From the NCBI GenBank assembly GCA_964499155.1, contig CAZCKF010000001.1, positions 1,057-40,783 of the forward strand: DNA of 39,727 nucleotides, written 5' to 3'. Both the position numbers and the translations under genes were made by a program. Origin of the DNA: an uncultured Chitinophagaceae bacterium. GTDB taxonomy: Bacteria > Bacteroidota > Bacteroidia > Chitinophagales > Chitinophagaceae. The first letter of the stretch is position 1. The number at the start of each line of letters is the position of its first letter. The notes beneath the pieces were generated by a model. That model searched no databases. It was not told the DNA's origin and saw only the letters and a list, made by a program, of their open reading frames with translations. This document shows, piece after piece, positions 22,401 through 31,657 of the stretch.

Positions 22401-23955
22401 TTTGATCGGTATTGTGCAGATAGATATTATATTTCGATCCATTGATAACAACATCATTTGCACCATCGATGATTATGTCACCAAGAGCCATAAATGCCCA
22501 TGTACCAATATCCGCCGGTGTTACAAGTCTCCAGCCATTACCGTTTGTCGCTTGCGGTGGAGGGGTGCCGCGGTTCACGAAAATCATCATACTATCAGTA
22601 CTCGTGCATCCGCTATCGTTAGTAACAGTGAGGTATATTTTCTGTCCCGCCACTGAAGAAAACGAAGGCATCAAAACTTCTGGAGTTGCTGTATTGCTGT
22701 GTTTAATATTATATGTCTGCGCTAATGGATCTCCTTTGGGTGGAATAGCTTTATACCAATTGTAATTAACGTTAATGCCTGTAGATGCTAAACCATTTAA
22801 ATAAACAGTATGGGTTGTATCATCAAGTTCAATTGTTTTATCAGGCCCTGCGTTAGCTACACAAGTCCCTGGATCAACAGGAACAGCAGGGTTGACAGTT
22901 ATTTGAACAGTATCTAAATCAGACAGACTTGAATTATCTGTAACTAATAAGCTAAATTGATAGGTACCGGCCACCAAACCGGTTGCAGAAGTTGATACAC
23001 TATTAGCCGTTGTAAGATTGTAAGTATTAGGCCCCGATACCCTTCTCCATAAATAGGAAGTGATTGACCCCCCTGGATCTGAAGAACCCGAGCCATTCAG
23101 TGTAACTGAATTTGTAGGTAAGGTGATTGTTTGGTTTGATCCAGCATTGGATATAGGTGCTCCTGTTGTCGGCGGAGCAGGCGTATTGGCCGGCGTGATC
23201 AGCCACTCATAAACACTTTTACCACCTTCCCTGTAATTCGGATTATAATAATTATTCCAACAGCAATGCCCCCCACTGAACATTGTCATTTTATTATTCG
23301 GATAGCCTGCATTTGTAAGATTATTTATAAAAGCCTGCAAAGACTGGCCGCGTCCTGCGTCGTTATTTCCCGAAATCGCCCATACAGGGATTGACGCATA
23401 ATTTGAAATAGATCCGTGAAAAGCAAACGACATGGGAACAATTGAAGCCACCTTTGCTTTGGCACCCGGAATAGTATTTATGTATTCAAATATGGAGTAA
23501 GCACCACATGACAACCCTGTAAGAGAAATTTTATTATTCCCCATTGAATACCGCTGCCTCACCGCCTCAACCAATCCATCATAAACAGTTGCGTTCATAC
23601 ATGAAGCCTTCGGTTGGACAGCTATGATCCGAATGTTTGCAGGTCTTAGAGAGCCATTGCTCATATAGATTGCAGGACCATGGACAAACAATCTTGTATG
23701 CTGCCCCATTTTTTCAGCTACGGTATATGGAGGAATACCGTCTGGTCCATGTATGCCTACTCCGTAATCCCTTGCTTCATCTCTTCCTGTTGTGAACATG
23801 ATCGTTTTAGTAGAACTATTTGCACCCGTCGGCACCCACTCAACAATATTGATCACGTCACCAGATACAATCATTGTATCAATGCGGTAACCGGGAACCT
23901 GCCCGTATACAAGTACTCCTAATAAAATAAATCCTATCGTTATTAATCTTTTCAT
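19447..23955 (-). CDS. Giant multidomain tailspike-like/depolymerase protein with signal peptide, alpha/beta-hydrolase esterase, PKD-like, right-handed beta-helix, CBM-like and 5x PKD-like domains
   Basis: Start at MKRLITIGFILLGVLVYGQ (ATG 23955, one base after the upstream TAA). The esterase triad is in order: GLSCG, NNDAG, GGHCC. Beta-helix-type repeats include NNVVINAG and HDNLIV. A CBM5/12-like block is YSLNEVAFYFGKFYRS...ANWELL. Five tandem ~90-aa Ig/PKD-like repeats span nt ~19489-20871. Confidence 0.7.
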   Translation of the reverse strand: MKRLITIGFILLGVLVYGQVPGYRIDTMIVSGDVINIVEWVPTGANSSTKTIMFTTGRDEARDYGVGIHGPDGIPPYTVAEKMGQHTRLFVHGPAIYMSNGSLRPANIRIIAVQPKASCMNATVYDGLVEAVRQRYSMGNNKISLTGLSCGAYSIFEYINTIPGAKAKVASIVPMSFAFHGSISNYASIPVWAISGNNDAGRGQSLQAFINNLTNAGYPNNKMTMFSGGHCCWNNYYNPNYREGGKSVYEWLITPANTPAPPTTGAPISNAGSNQTITLPTNSVTLNGSGSSDPGGSITSYLWRRVSGPNTYNLTTANSVSTSATGLVAGTYQFSLLVTDNSSLSDLDTVQITVNPAVPVDPGTCVANAGPDKTIELDDTTHTVYLNGLASTGINVNYNWYKAIPPKGDPLAQTYNIKHSNTATPEVLMPSFSSVAGQKIYLTVTNDSGCTSTDSMMIFVNRGTPPPQATNGNGWRLVTPADIGTWAFMALGDIIIDGANDVVINGSKYNIYLHNTDQIALAPNRGIWVRAGRYGAITTHFQDSTFFGSSAAGNRNFMYTYGGQVEWMGEWKVSNLRNVHWSGAYVPGVRGHVNYQGFAGGYANRHGKFGFYANNRWQNLNQHGVLLAGAFTDSVEMDNFEAANGYFSGFFIKAEDLALTSTNDYDFFKVHHNFLHDLSSEGIYALSTSGDTIYVKGVNGQDSAVINWQHQGNGWDIHDNLIVRTGSEGIQFNNQGLGNSIHNNVVINAGFKFMTPFGPFNDRGFQMAYRNGGNRFQYNIVQGATQFFANGSARDIIVAPNGDTNHVDYNFLGDIHGSRGGSHSSRLPNEKISITGNFFKNMQWTNDRVYNSNATEGKNDNIVFKTDNTFRAIFKNNKSDGSKSILVTAANLDSSGNQNGIPVAYPKYVNSGWGDNYNFNNNSWWADLIYATYKDESPTPGIAPKWLQPWSYSLNEVAFYFGKFYRSKIFNNTGNVPKGYTDANWELLTWNEGGVRRLHPPDDYRLRDDDTYKALGFGFTTSGPPTNTNPISNAGTDSTITLPRNTVSVKGDGSLDPDGSIVSYVWSKITAGAHTIINPSSQITTVSGFTAGAYQLKLVVTDNQGATDDDTVTITVNPAPNIPPTANAGSDQEFDLPVSEMTLNGSGTDIDGTISTYAWSKITAGPHTITATASATTTVTGFTAGEYQIKLTVTDNSGATAVDTITVIVNAAPPVNIQPISNAGSDQSIYYPPNSSVTLSGGGTDSDGTIVTYQWTKISGTGGTFGNANSASTTFSGLTPGTYQLNLRVKDDDDAIDDDVVVIVVTANATPIVSAGPDLQINTPSTSTVLTGSANDEDGTILTYLWSKLTGGAVTITTPALSATGLTGLIPGTYQFELMVTDNRGAIAKDTVTVLVNSSPTVEFEGAATQFIEGDSIIVSIKANDDDGNIVSILHTKLSGNGSIIRFPTQGGTVIAGLQPASSYTFQVTVTDDRGATATDTVIIIVNPNQIIGDKMRGRFRN

Positions 23956-23956
23956 A

Positions 23957-26900
23957 TTAATATACTCCAACCCAGTGCCTTACTGTGTTACCTGCTATTG
24001 TTGATGCAGTTATAGTTGCAGGAAGTGAGTTTGTTGCGGACTTTTGTCCGATTAAAAAATTACTATTGGTAAAATCCATTGATGTTTCATTTGTAAGACC
24101 TGCTGTTACAATTCCTATTTGAGGAGGAGTAGATGCTGACGAATAATTCAGAAGTAATCCAACATAATATCTACCTCTTGGAAGTGTAATTGGAGATGTG
24201 AATGGCTCTTTCGTCATAGCGTTTACAGTGCCCTTGTATAAATTGGGGTTATCTGCACTGCTTGCCAGAAGCGTCATTGTTCCACCAATACTTTTTGTGA
24301 AAATTCCGACCTGGTTTGTCTGATCAGCTGTATAAACACCGGAAAGTGTGAGCCAGAACATAACACCAGTGATCGTTCTTGTCTCCGGGATATCAATTGC
24401 CGCATACCTGGCAACGTTATCAACGACTGCTGAAGCACTACCTGCAGTAATGTTATAAAACGTCCAGCCTATATTCTCACCTTTAATTTCTGAACCCAAA
24501 TCCTGATAAGCTGCTATTGTACTACGCTCCCTGTCACCTATCGCCTTCCAGTTTGTGCCATCAGATTTGAACTCGTAAACCCGGTCATTATCCAATGCTG
24601 TTATAGCCACATCTTCAGCATCAACAACAGATCCTGAAACAAGCCAAGTGAATGCAGCAGAATTATTATTTGTTACTTTAATTATTTGCCCTGCTACTTG
24701 AGATGGGAATGTTAGTGTGCGATTAGCTGTTATTGTTGGCAGGATCTGGTGAGTAACCGCCATTGAAGTATTGGCATCGGAAGCTGTGGCTGTATAAAGG
24801 GTGAGTACAGGCGTCGAAAGATTTATTCTATTTGCCCATAGGCTAAAAATGTCAATCTTATCTGCATTCTCTCCAAGGTCCACATCAAAAAGACCACCGC
24901 CTATTATTCTGTTCGAGGTAAAATCTCCGTCAGCCGTAAGCCAGCTTGAACCGCCGCCAGAAGCGTTGATTGTTGTGCCGGTGATTGATAAATTGGTGCC
25001 TAGTGTAAGCCATTTAAATGCATTATCACTTTCATCCCAAAATGCAATCCGGTCAGCTCCTGGATCAGACAGAGCTTCCAGTCCTAAATGAGAAAGTGCT
25101 ATCGTTGGATTTGCAGAAACACCATTCCCGTTTGTTACACCTATTCCGGTCCCTTGGGTAATTGTTCTACCAGTGAAATTATCTGCGCTCGTTTGGACAA
25201 CAATCCCATTTGTATTGAAAGAAGCCAGAGCGGCCAGTGTTGCATCTGATCCTTGTGCACCGATATCAGAAAGTGTTTCTGCACCTGTACGATATCTTAC
25301 TTCTCCGTCGCCATCAATAACAAGGAATTTATCAAGGTCAGTTGTTTCGTGGTGAACTTGGCTAAGAGAAAGAGAGTCATATACGCGGATATTACCAATC
25401 CCAGGATCAATTGGTTCAGCTCCTGTTCCAAGAACGATTCCTCCTGCTCTAAAAAACTTACCATAGGTAATTCCACCTGGTGAAACTTCAACAGCCGTAA
25501 CACCTACCACCAAATCAGAAAAATCACTATTCGCATTTAATGAAATTGAAGTAGGGTCGCGCAATACGAGTGCACCTTGATGATAGAGTGACGCATTTGC
25601 TGCAGTTGCGTTTACCACTCCACCAAACCAGATCCCATAAAAACTATTTACATTACTAAGGCCTATATCCATTCCTCCTGATGAACCTATGTGCCATCGC
25701 TTATTTGCTTCGTCCCAGGAGAAGTATGGATAAGATTGTGTCAGCTCAGCATCGGCTCCAATAAATGGAATTGATCCGGGAGTGAACCCTGTAAGTACGG
25801 GTGCTTGATCAAAGGTGTTTATTCCGGTAAAAATGTTGTTGATAGCAAGATGCGGAACCTCCTCTTTGTTAGCCTTGAAATTGTATAGAAAATCGAAAGT
25901 GCCAGATGATATTATACCGTCCTGACCAGATTCATCAGCATACCTAATCCTTAAAGAATCGTTGGAAACATAAAGCGGATTAACAGCGATTGTAGTTGCA
26001 TTGCCTGAAAGCTTATAAGCCCAAGTTCCTGGGTTTCCTGCAGCTGTGCAGTACCATATTAATACTGAATCAGGACCCCCCTGATTAATCACAATATCTC
26101 CAACACCGTGTTTACCGACTGTTGGAGGCCCGGACCCACCCCTGATATTTCTTTTACTCCCATTAGCTGGGTTAGTAAGGAAAAAACCATCCTGGTGAAA
26201 AATAGTAAGTCCGGCTCGCACAGCTGAATCGCGACCGAAATCAGTACCAGCTATTGCATTACCAGTAATACTGAAAGCAGTATAATCAATTGAGTTATTC
26301 CAAAATAAGCGTGCATACTTATCGGATTCAAAATATTTTATAGATCCGTAGCTGTGGGCAGATTTTTTTGATCCAAATACATGACCGGATACCCAGTCAA
26401 CTCCGGAAAATTCATTTGTTGAATCTCGATTATAAACCTCAACTCCTTTGCCACGAAACACTCTTCTGCCTTCTACCACCTCATCATATGAACTTCTATG
26501 AAATGCATTGTTACCAACAACCTCGACTGCAGCTGCATTGGTGCCTCCGTTCCACATTCCACGAAGTCCTAAGTCGTGGCCTCCCTGCTCACCTTCAGTG
26601 TAACCCCAAATCTTTGTTCTTGCTACCTGACCAGATACTTTAATGACCCGGGAACCATAATATTTTACATCCGATCTCCAAACTTTAGATATCAATGATG
26701 CATCGCCGGCGCAGCACACTGTCATGTCCTGCCAGTAGTCACCATAATCAGATGCAGTTGGATTTTTATTGATGTTATCCTCGACGGCTAAGTAATACCT
26801 CCATATCCCACCAACGAATATTTTAACCCATGAATCCTGCAGTGTAGAATCACGCAATCCATTGGATGCGATATGCACGTTGCTGTAAGTATTGCCGTGG

Positions 26901-28159
26901 GCGGACTCATCAAGAATTCCATGACGGCTATTGGTCTGGATGTCGGGATTTTCAATACTTATTGCATTTGCGTCCCATCCGCTTAGGTGAATACCGTGAT
27001 GACGGTTTTGCCAGACATGAATGTTGCGAAGAACAGAAGTACTCGCGTTTCCTGAATCAGTTGGTGAACCAGCCGTATTTCCAAAGCCTCTTACACCGGT
27101 TGCCGGAAAACCTTGAAAGGTTAGATTATCTGCAACAATACCGGTATTAAACACCATCCCATGTTTCGTCGTATCTGTACCGCCGGCAAGAGCATAAAAA
27201 TGCAGGTTCTCAACTCTTACATTCCGTGCCTTGAGACCTTGAGAGGTTTGTAAAATTTGCAGGCCTGAGTTATTCGCAGCTACATAAAACCTTGTTTCAG
27301 GATAAGGTTGAAAACCGGCGCCAAGACCTATCAGGTTTACAGCTGTGTCGATCAAAATCGGTTTACTAATAAAGTACCCATCGACAGGCGGTGGAACTAG
27401 AACTACACCCCGATTGACAATAAGATTTGTGGGATGCAGGGAAACTGGTTTATTCGCTTTCAGGGCCCTGGTCATAGGAAGCCAGTCATCGGCGATCAGA
27501 TTTCCAACAAGACCAAACCATTTAGCAGAAGATGTTCTGTTTTCCAGGTTACTTACATCGATGTTCTTATCGAAGCATTGCTTCATTAAATTGCAATCGA
27601 TCAAACCGCCATTCCATTTTGCTGCTCCTCCAGAAGCGACTATTCTATTATCATTTCTGAATGTGATGACTTTGGTACCGGCATTAACTGTTCCGGTGAT
27701 TGTGATATCACGCTGCGAGAGATCATCAAAAATTAATTCTTTTACACTGGCAATTGCAAGTGCGGCATTTATTTTAGCAGTCTGATCGGTACCATCCCCT
27801 TTAATTCCTAAATCTTTTGCTCGTAACGTGCCAGCCTCCACATACCAAAAAGATTTCACGCCATTCTTCCAGCAGTAGAGTGAATCAGTCCCCTGTTTTT
27901 TAATTACACTATCACAACCCACGCCACCGGCACCACTCATGTGCTCTTCCCAGAAAGTTTTTTTTATGTAGATCTTTCCATTCTTGTATGCAATGGATCC
28001 TGAATCAGCAGTGGCCAAAGTATCGGGAAGGCGCAGCTGCCCACCAGGAGCAAACCTTAATTTTAAAAATTCAAATGGTGTATAGTTTTTCTGATAGACT
28101 TGCGCGATCGCTACACTGCAGATCAGTAAAAGAAAAACTATGAACGAATACTTTTTCAT
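23957..28159 (-). CDS. Giant beta-helix (pectate-lyase-superfamily-like) tailspike-like protein with an N-terminal signal peptide, 1400 aa
   Basis: Signal peptide MKKYSFIVFLLLICSVAIAQ. KDLGIKGDGTDQTAKINAALAIAS is the typical start of pectate_lyase_3/tailspike beta-helices. The body is long and rich in G, N and T. Confidence 0.65.
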   Translation of the reverse strand: MKKYSFIVFLLLICSVAIAQVYQKNYTPFEFLKLRFAPGGQLRLPDTLATADSGSIAYKNGKIYIKKTFWEEHMSGAGGVGCDSVIKKQGTDSLYCWKNGVKSFWYVEAGTLRAKDLGIKGDGTDQTAKINAALAIASVKELIFDDLSQRDITITGTVNAGTKVITFRNDNRIVASGGAAKWNGGLIDCNLMKQCFDKNIDVSNLENRTSSAKWFGLVGNLIADDWLPMTRALKANKPVSLHPTNLIVNRGVVLVPPPVDGYFISKPILIDTAVNLIGLGAGFQPYPETRFYVAANNSGLQILQTSQGLKARNVRVENLHFYALAGGTDTTKHGMVFNTGIVADNLTFQGFPATGVRGFGNTAGSPTDSGNASTSVLRNIHVWQNRHHGIHLSGWDANAISIENPDIQTNSRHGILDESAHGNTYSNVHIASNGLRDSTLQDSWVKIFVGGIWRYYLAVEDNINKNPTASDYGDYWQDMTVCCAGDASLISKVWRSDVKYYGSRVIKVSGQVARTKIWGYTEGEQGGHDLGLRGMWNGGTNAAAVEVVGNNAFHRSSYDEVVEGRRVFRGKGVEVYNRDSTNEFSGVDWVSGHVFGSKKSAHSYGSIKYFESDKYARLFWNNSIDYTAFSITGNAIAGTDFGRDSAVRAGLTIFHQDGFFLTNPANGSKRNIRGGSGPPTVGKHGVGDIVINQGGPDSVLIWYCTAAGNPGTWAYKLSGNATTIAVNPLYVSNDSLRIRYADESGQDGIISSGTFDFLYNFKANKEEVPHLAINNIFTGINTFDQAPVLTGFTPGSIPFIGADAELTQSYPYFSWDEANKRWHIGSSGGMDIGLSNVNSFYGIWFGGVVNATAANASLYHQGALVLRDPTSISLNANSDFSDLVVGVTAVEVSPGGITYGKFFRAGGIVLGTGAEPIDPGIGNIRVYDSLSLSQVHHETTDLDKFLVIDGDGEVRYRTGAETLSDIGAQGSDATLAALASFNTNGIVVQTSADNFTGRTITQGTGIGVTNGNGVSANPTIALSHLGLEALSDPGADRIAFWDESDNAFKWLTLGTNLSITGTTINASGGGSSWLTADGDFTSNRIIGGGLFDVDLGENADKIDIFSLWANRINLSTPVLTLYTATASDANTSMAVTHQILPTITANRTLTFPSQVAGQIIKVTNNNSAAFTWLVSGSVVDAEDVAITALDNDRVYEFKSDGTNWKAIGDRERSTIAAYQDLGSEIKGENIGWTFYNITAGSASAVVDNVARYAAIDIPETRTITGVMFWLTLSGVYTADQTNQVGIFTKSIGGTMTLLASSADNPNLYKGTVNAMTKEPFTSPITLPRGRYYVGLLLNYSSASTPPQIGIVTAGLTNETSMDFTNSNFLIGQKSATNSLPATITASTIAGNTVRHWVGVY

Positions 28160-28173
28160 TATAAGTAATGGAT

Positions 28174-29517
28174 TTAAACTTTGATTGCCCAGAGTACTCC
28201 CACGTTATCTGGTCTTGTTTCTACAGCAAGTCCTGAATTGAATCTTAACCACTGGTTTGCGCTATTTGTCAGCCATCCGCCCGCGCCATCCATTCCTGAA
28301 AAACCTCTCACCCCTCCGCCTTCATCAAGAGCATTGGTAGCGGACCCACCTGATCCATTCAGTATTTCAATCTTTACGTTATCCATGTTGGTGAGGAATG
28401 CCTGGAATCCACCTGGCTTATTCAGATGCCTTTCCGTATCACTGCCTGTGGAAGATTTCACTCCACGCAGGAACATATTCATCAGATCAGGGATCCGGAA
28501 TGTTGTTGAGCCGTCACCAGTAGAAAAGCAACCGCGGTATGGTTTTAAAACAGTTCTTCCACCAAGCAAAACTGATGCTGTCAGCCAGGTAGCATCGCTG
28601 ACGAGAGAAGAGCCAAGGGTCTGTACGTATTCCCACAATCTTGGATAGGTGGCCCGGAGTACGAGCTGGCCTTCGCAGAGCAGCTCGTTTGACTCCACTT
28701 TGTATTTAGGTATAGGTATGGCCAGCTCTTTATATGATTTTGCGAAATCATTGATCACATACCATCCATCATCGCCGCGGTAAAGCCAAAGATTTTCTCC
28801 CAGTCCCATCCAGACTGCAGTCTTCGACATGTTGTTGAAATAAATATTCTGTCCTCCAGAGGTTTGTATTTTATTCTGAACAGAATTGTTGATGGATGTC
28901 TCGATCGGAATGATAGTATTTGCCGGCACATCAGCAACACTGGGAAGAGTGATCGTTATTTGTGCAGCCAATGAACGGACCTGTATCAGTTTATTCAGGT
29001 GAGTTGAAGGAAGGATTGCAAAATTTGTCGATACAGGAATTGATCCTGTGATGAATGATCCGCCAACAGATCCTGGAGGAGCAGGGTTACCTCCTTGGAG
29101 AGTAAAAAGATCTATTTCAAACCTTTCACCAAGGCCAAGTGTGTCACCAGCTTTTAAAAGTTTGAAACCTCCGCCTGCTAACACTTCATATTCTGCTGCT
29201 GCGATCGCTGGTACCTGTTGGTGAATCAGTGGAAAGCCGCCGCGGCGAAGATTAAAATCAAGTCCTGCAAGAGAAGGTATATTCCATGTTTGTGTTCCTG
29301 CAGGTCCGGCAGGTACTTCCATGATAATTTTGCCGCCATTATAAACGGGAGGTAAAACAGCATCACCGCCAGTCTGAATTAAAGTACTTACATCGGAGAG
29401 TTTTGTATGCCTTAATTTGCCATCAGCAGTGATATAAATTGGTATGAGATCGTCCAGTGAAAGCGGATCTACCTGGTTGGGAAGCTCCGGTACCCGGACC
29501 GTTTGCAAGGGAGGCAT
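28174..29517 (-). CDS. Tail fibre protein with a C-terminal phage tail-collar domain
   Basis: YPRLWEYVQTLG...GDGSTTFRIPDLMNMFLRG...ETRPDNVGVLWAIKV matches the collar-domain pattern (F.lPDlrg.f.rG ... E.RP.N). Confidence 0.75.
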   Translation of the reverse strand: MPPLQTVRVPELPNQVDPLSLDDLIPIYITADGKLRHTKLSDVSTLIQTGGDAVLPPVYNGGKIIMEVPAGPAGTQTWNIPSLAGLDFNLRRGGFPLIHQQVPAIAAAEYEVLAGGGFKLLKAGDTLGLGERFEIDLFTLQGGNPAPPGSVGGSFITGSIPVSTNFAILPSTHLNKLIQVRSLAAQITITLPSVADVPANTIIPIETSINNSVQNKIQTSGGQNIYFNNMSKTAVWMGLGENLWLYRGDDGWYVINDFAKSYKELAIPIPKYKVESNELLCEGQLVLRATYPRLWEYVQTLGSSLVSDATWLTASVLLGGRTVLKPYRGCFSTGDGSTTFRIPDLMNMFLRGVKSSTGSDTERHLNKPGGFQAFLTNMDNVKIEILNGSGGSATNALDEGGGVRGFSGMDGAGGWLTNSANQWLRFNSGLAVETRPDNVGVLWAIKV

Positions 29518-29603
29518 GCATAGTGTTTATTCAACTTGCAAACTATACCCTTGAATTTTTGATGATGAGCGAAACTTTACAACATGGAGGAGTTGTTGTA
29601 AAA

Positions 29604-31163
29604 CTATATTTTCTTAAAAATCCTACCTGTGGAATTTTCAATTAGTATGTCCGAGAATCCGACAGCTGTTGGAGTCTCTGGGATATCCTCGATAATCATT
29701 GTTCCCTGCTTTATCGTAAAATTTCCAATTGCATTGCCGTTTAGAAGCTGGTTATTTTGAAGATCACTCGCAATACCACGGACATTGCGATCGGTTGCGA
29801 CCTGGTTGTTTATTATTCGATTGATTGTTGTAGGTGAAACTGAATCTGATAGCTCTACCTGGTATTGATATTCATTCGTCAAATTTCGAATAGTACCAAC
29901 TATCCTTATCTGGCTATGAATTCCAATTGCATCATCAACAATCCAGACTTTCCCACCAATATTTATTGAATACCCGCTCTTTTTTAAAAATACAGGATCA
30001 ATCACAAGCTGGTAAGCAACCTGTGGAGTACTTACCCTGGCCAGCAGCTGTGTCGCTTTGGCTAATAGCTCTTCTTCTGCAGCATTCACATATTCTGCAG
30101 GCATATTGATATCTACCAGCACATATTCATCGCCGATAGCTGGTTTCAAATCTGCATTAGGGAGATCAAGGACCTTCTCTTCTTTGTTCTTTAGGATCGT
30201 AAATTCTTTTGCCCCGTTATTGAAGGAAGAGATTTCAAACTGGTAACCGGCTAGCTGGCCAGTATTAAAAATAATTTTTGCAGTGATCCCGGGAAGCAGC
30301 TGATCATTTACATTAAAATCGATCGTAGTATCAATGAATTTATAAATGTCAAGGATATTGACAGATGTGATCACACCGGTACGGTGAGGGTAAATATCAT
30401 CGAAGATCTCGGTGTGCTCGATCACTCCATAAAAATCTGTATACTGCTGAACAAAATCATCCGGCATCTTCAGTCTCCTGGATCCATTGCGGTAATCTGC
30501 CGGAAGGTTCTTTTCACTACCGTAGGCATAGATCCTCGTTGCGATATTGCTATTATTTATGTTCTGCCTGGTTAGCTCGTACAGTCCTTTATTTCTGCCA
30601 TGCTTGAAAGTGTAACCGGTGTCAACGGACATTTTTGTAAGATGAATGATCTTACCATCTATCCAGAATTCAGTTTCAAATTCTTCAGCCAGCCGGCTAA
30701 GGGCATTGTAACAATTCTCAGTCGTGAAATCGATATTCTTATATGCTGTGGGGATAACCTGACCCTTTGTCCATCCATTGCTGATCCGGTTAATATTTTG
30801 AAGAATAAGATCGATGAATGTTTCTGCATTTCCCATCAAGGAAAAATCCGATTCAGTTAAATTATTATCAAGCCCCGGGAAAAGAAACTGAGCCTTTGCC
30901 AGGTCAAACCCTTCAGCCTGCAGGATCATTGAATATTCATATAAATAAGTGCTGAGTTTGCGAACAACAGGTGGCTGGTTTAACTTATATTTTTCTGAAA
31001 ATACTGTGCAGTAATCATTGATCAGAAAATTTGCATAGTGATCAAGTTTGAAAGAAACCCTGAGTTCATTTTCAGCCATTATCTTTTTTGCCTGTACGCT
31101 TGCATCATCAGGTTTGATCGTAGTAAAAATGGCGTTCCCCCTAAATATATCGATCGTATGCAT
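29604..31163 (-). CDS. Tal-like baseplate hub / tail-tip protein (prophage tail endopeptidase-like N-terminal domain)
   Basis: Position is after the tape measure and Dit-like genes, and the size is 519 aa. The N-terminal pattern ...NELRVSFKLDHY...YCTVFSEKYKL is typical of siphovirus Tal proteins. Confidence 0.6.
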   Translation of the reverse strand: MHTIDIFRGNAIFTTIKPDDASVQAKKIMAENELRVSFKLDHYANFLINDYCTVFSEKYKLNQPPVVRKLSTYLYEYSMILQAEGFDLAKAQFLFPGLDNNLTESDFSLMGNAETFIDLILQNINRISNGWTKGQVIPTAYKNIDFTTENCYNALSRLAEEFETEFWIDGKIIHLTKMSVDTGYTFKHGRNKGLYELTRQNINNSNIATRIYAYGSEKNLPADYRNGSRRLKMPDDFVQQYTDFYGVIEHTEIFDDIYPHRTGVITSVNILDIYKFIDTTIDFNVNDQLLPGITAKIIFNTGQLAGYQFEISSFNNGAKEFTILKNKEEKVLDLPNADLKPAIGDEYVLVDINMPAEYVNAAEEELLAKATQLLARVSTPQVAYQLVIDPVFLKKSGYSINIGGKVWIVDDAIGIHSQIRIVGTIRNLTNEYQYQVELSDSVSPTTINRIINNQVATDRNVRGIASDLQNNQLLNGNAIGNFTIKQGTMIIEDIPETPTAVGFSDILIENSTGRIFKKI

Positions 31164-31657
31164 TAATTAAAAACCTTTGCTAAAGGGAAAATTTGTTTCA
31201 TTCGCTTGAAGTCAAAATACACATCACGGTCCTGCTGAAATAACTCCAGCTCACTGGGAGTGCATATTTTCTTTGACATCTCATCATCCACAGTAGAAAT
31301 GAATTCACCATTTCTTAAATGTGCAGCGTCTTCAAGAGTTGTTGGGCGCTGTTTGCTATTGATATCCAGCTTTACTGATCCCAAGTGAATCATTCCCATG
31401 GCGCCATAAATAAGAATCTTTTCTACTTCTGCCAGATAAAAAAGGTGGAATGCTGAACTATATGCAGACATGCAAATCAGTCGCACCCCGGGTTTATGGT
31501 TATTGATTTTAAACCTGATGCAATCTGTGAACAGTACCTGCCCTCCAGGACATTGAATGTAGATGTCCCACGGATCATCGGGATGTAGGTCTGTGAATTC
31601 AAGAAAATTCTTCAATTCTTTACCTCCGATCGACCTATCAATTAGATATGATTTCAT
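31163..31657 (-). CDS. ClpP-like (S14/S49-fold) serine protease homolog, 164 aa
   Basis: IYIQCPGGQVLFTDCIRFKI...VRLICMSAYSSAFHLFYLA...GMIHLGS...QQDRDVYFDF aligns with E. coli ClpP [22 protein letters not shown]...STICMGQAASMGAFLLTAG...VMIHQP...ERDRF. The Ser, His and Asp positions are conserved. Confidence 0.65.
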   Translation of the reverse strand: MKSYLIDRSIGGKELKNFLEFTDLHPDDPWDIYIQCPGGQVLFTDCIRFKINNHKPGVRLICMSAYSSAFHLFYLAEVEKILIYGAMGMIHLGSVKLDINSKQRPTTLEDAAHLRNGEFISTVDDEMSKKICTPSELELFQQDRDVYFDFKRMKQIFPLAKVFN

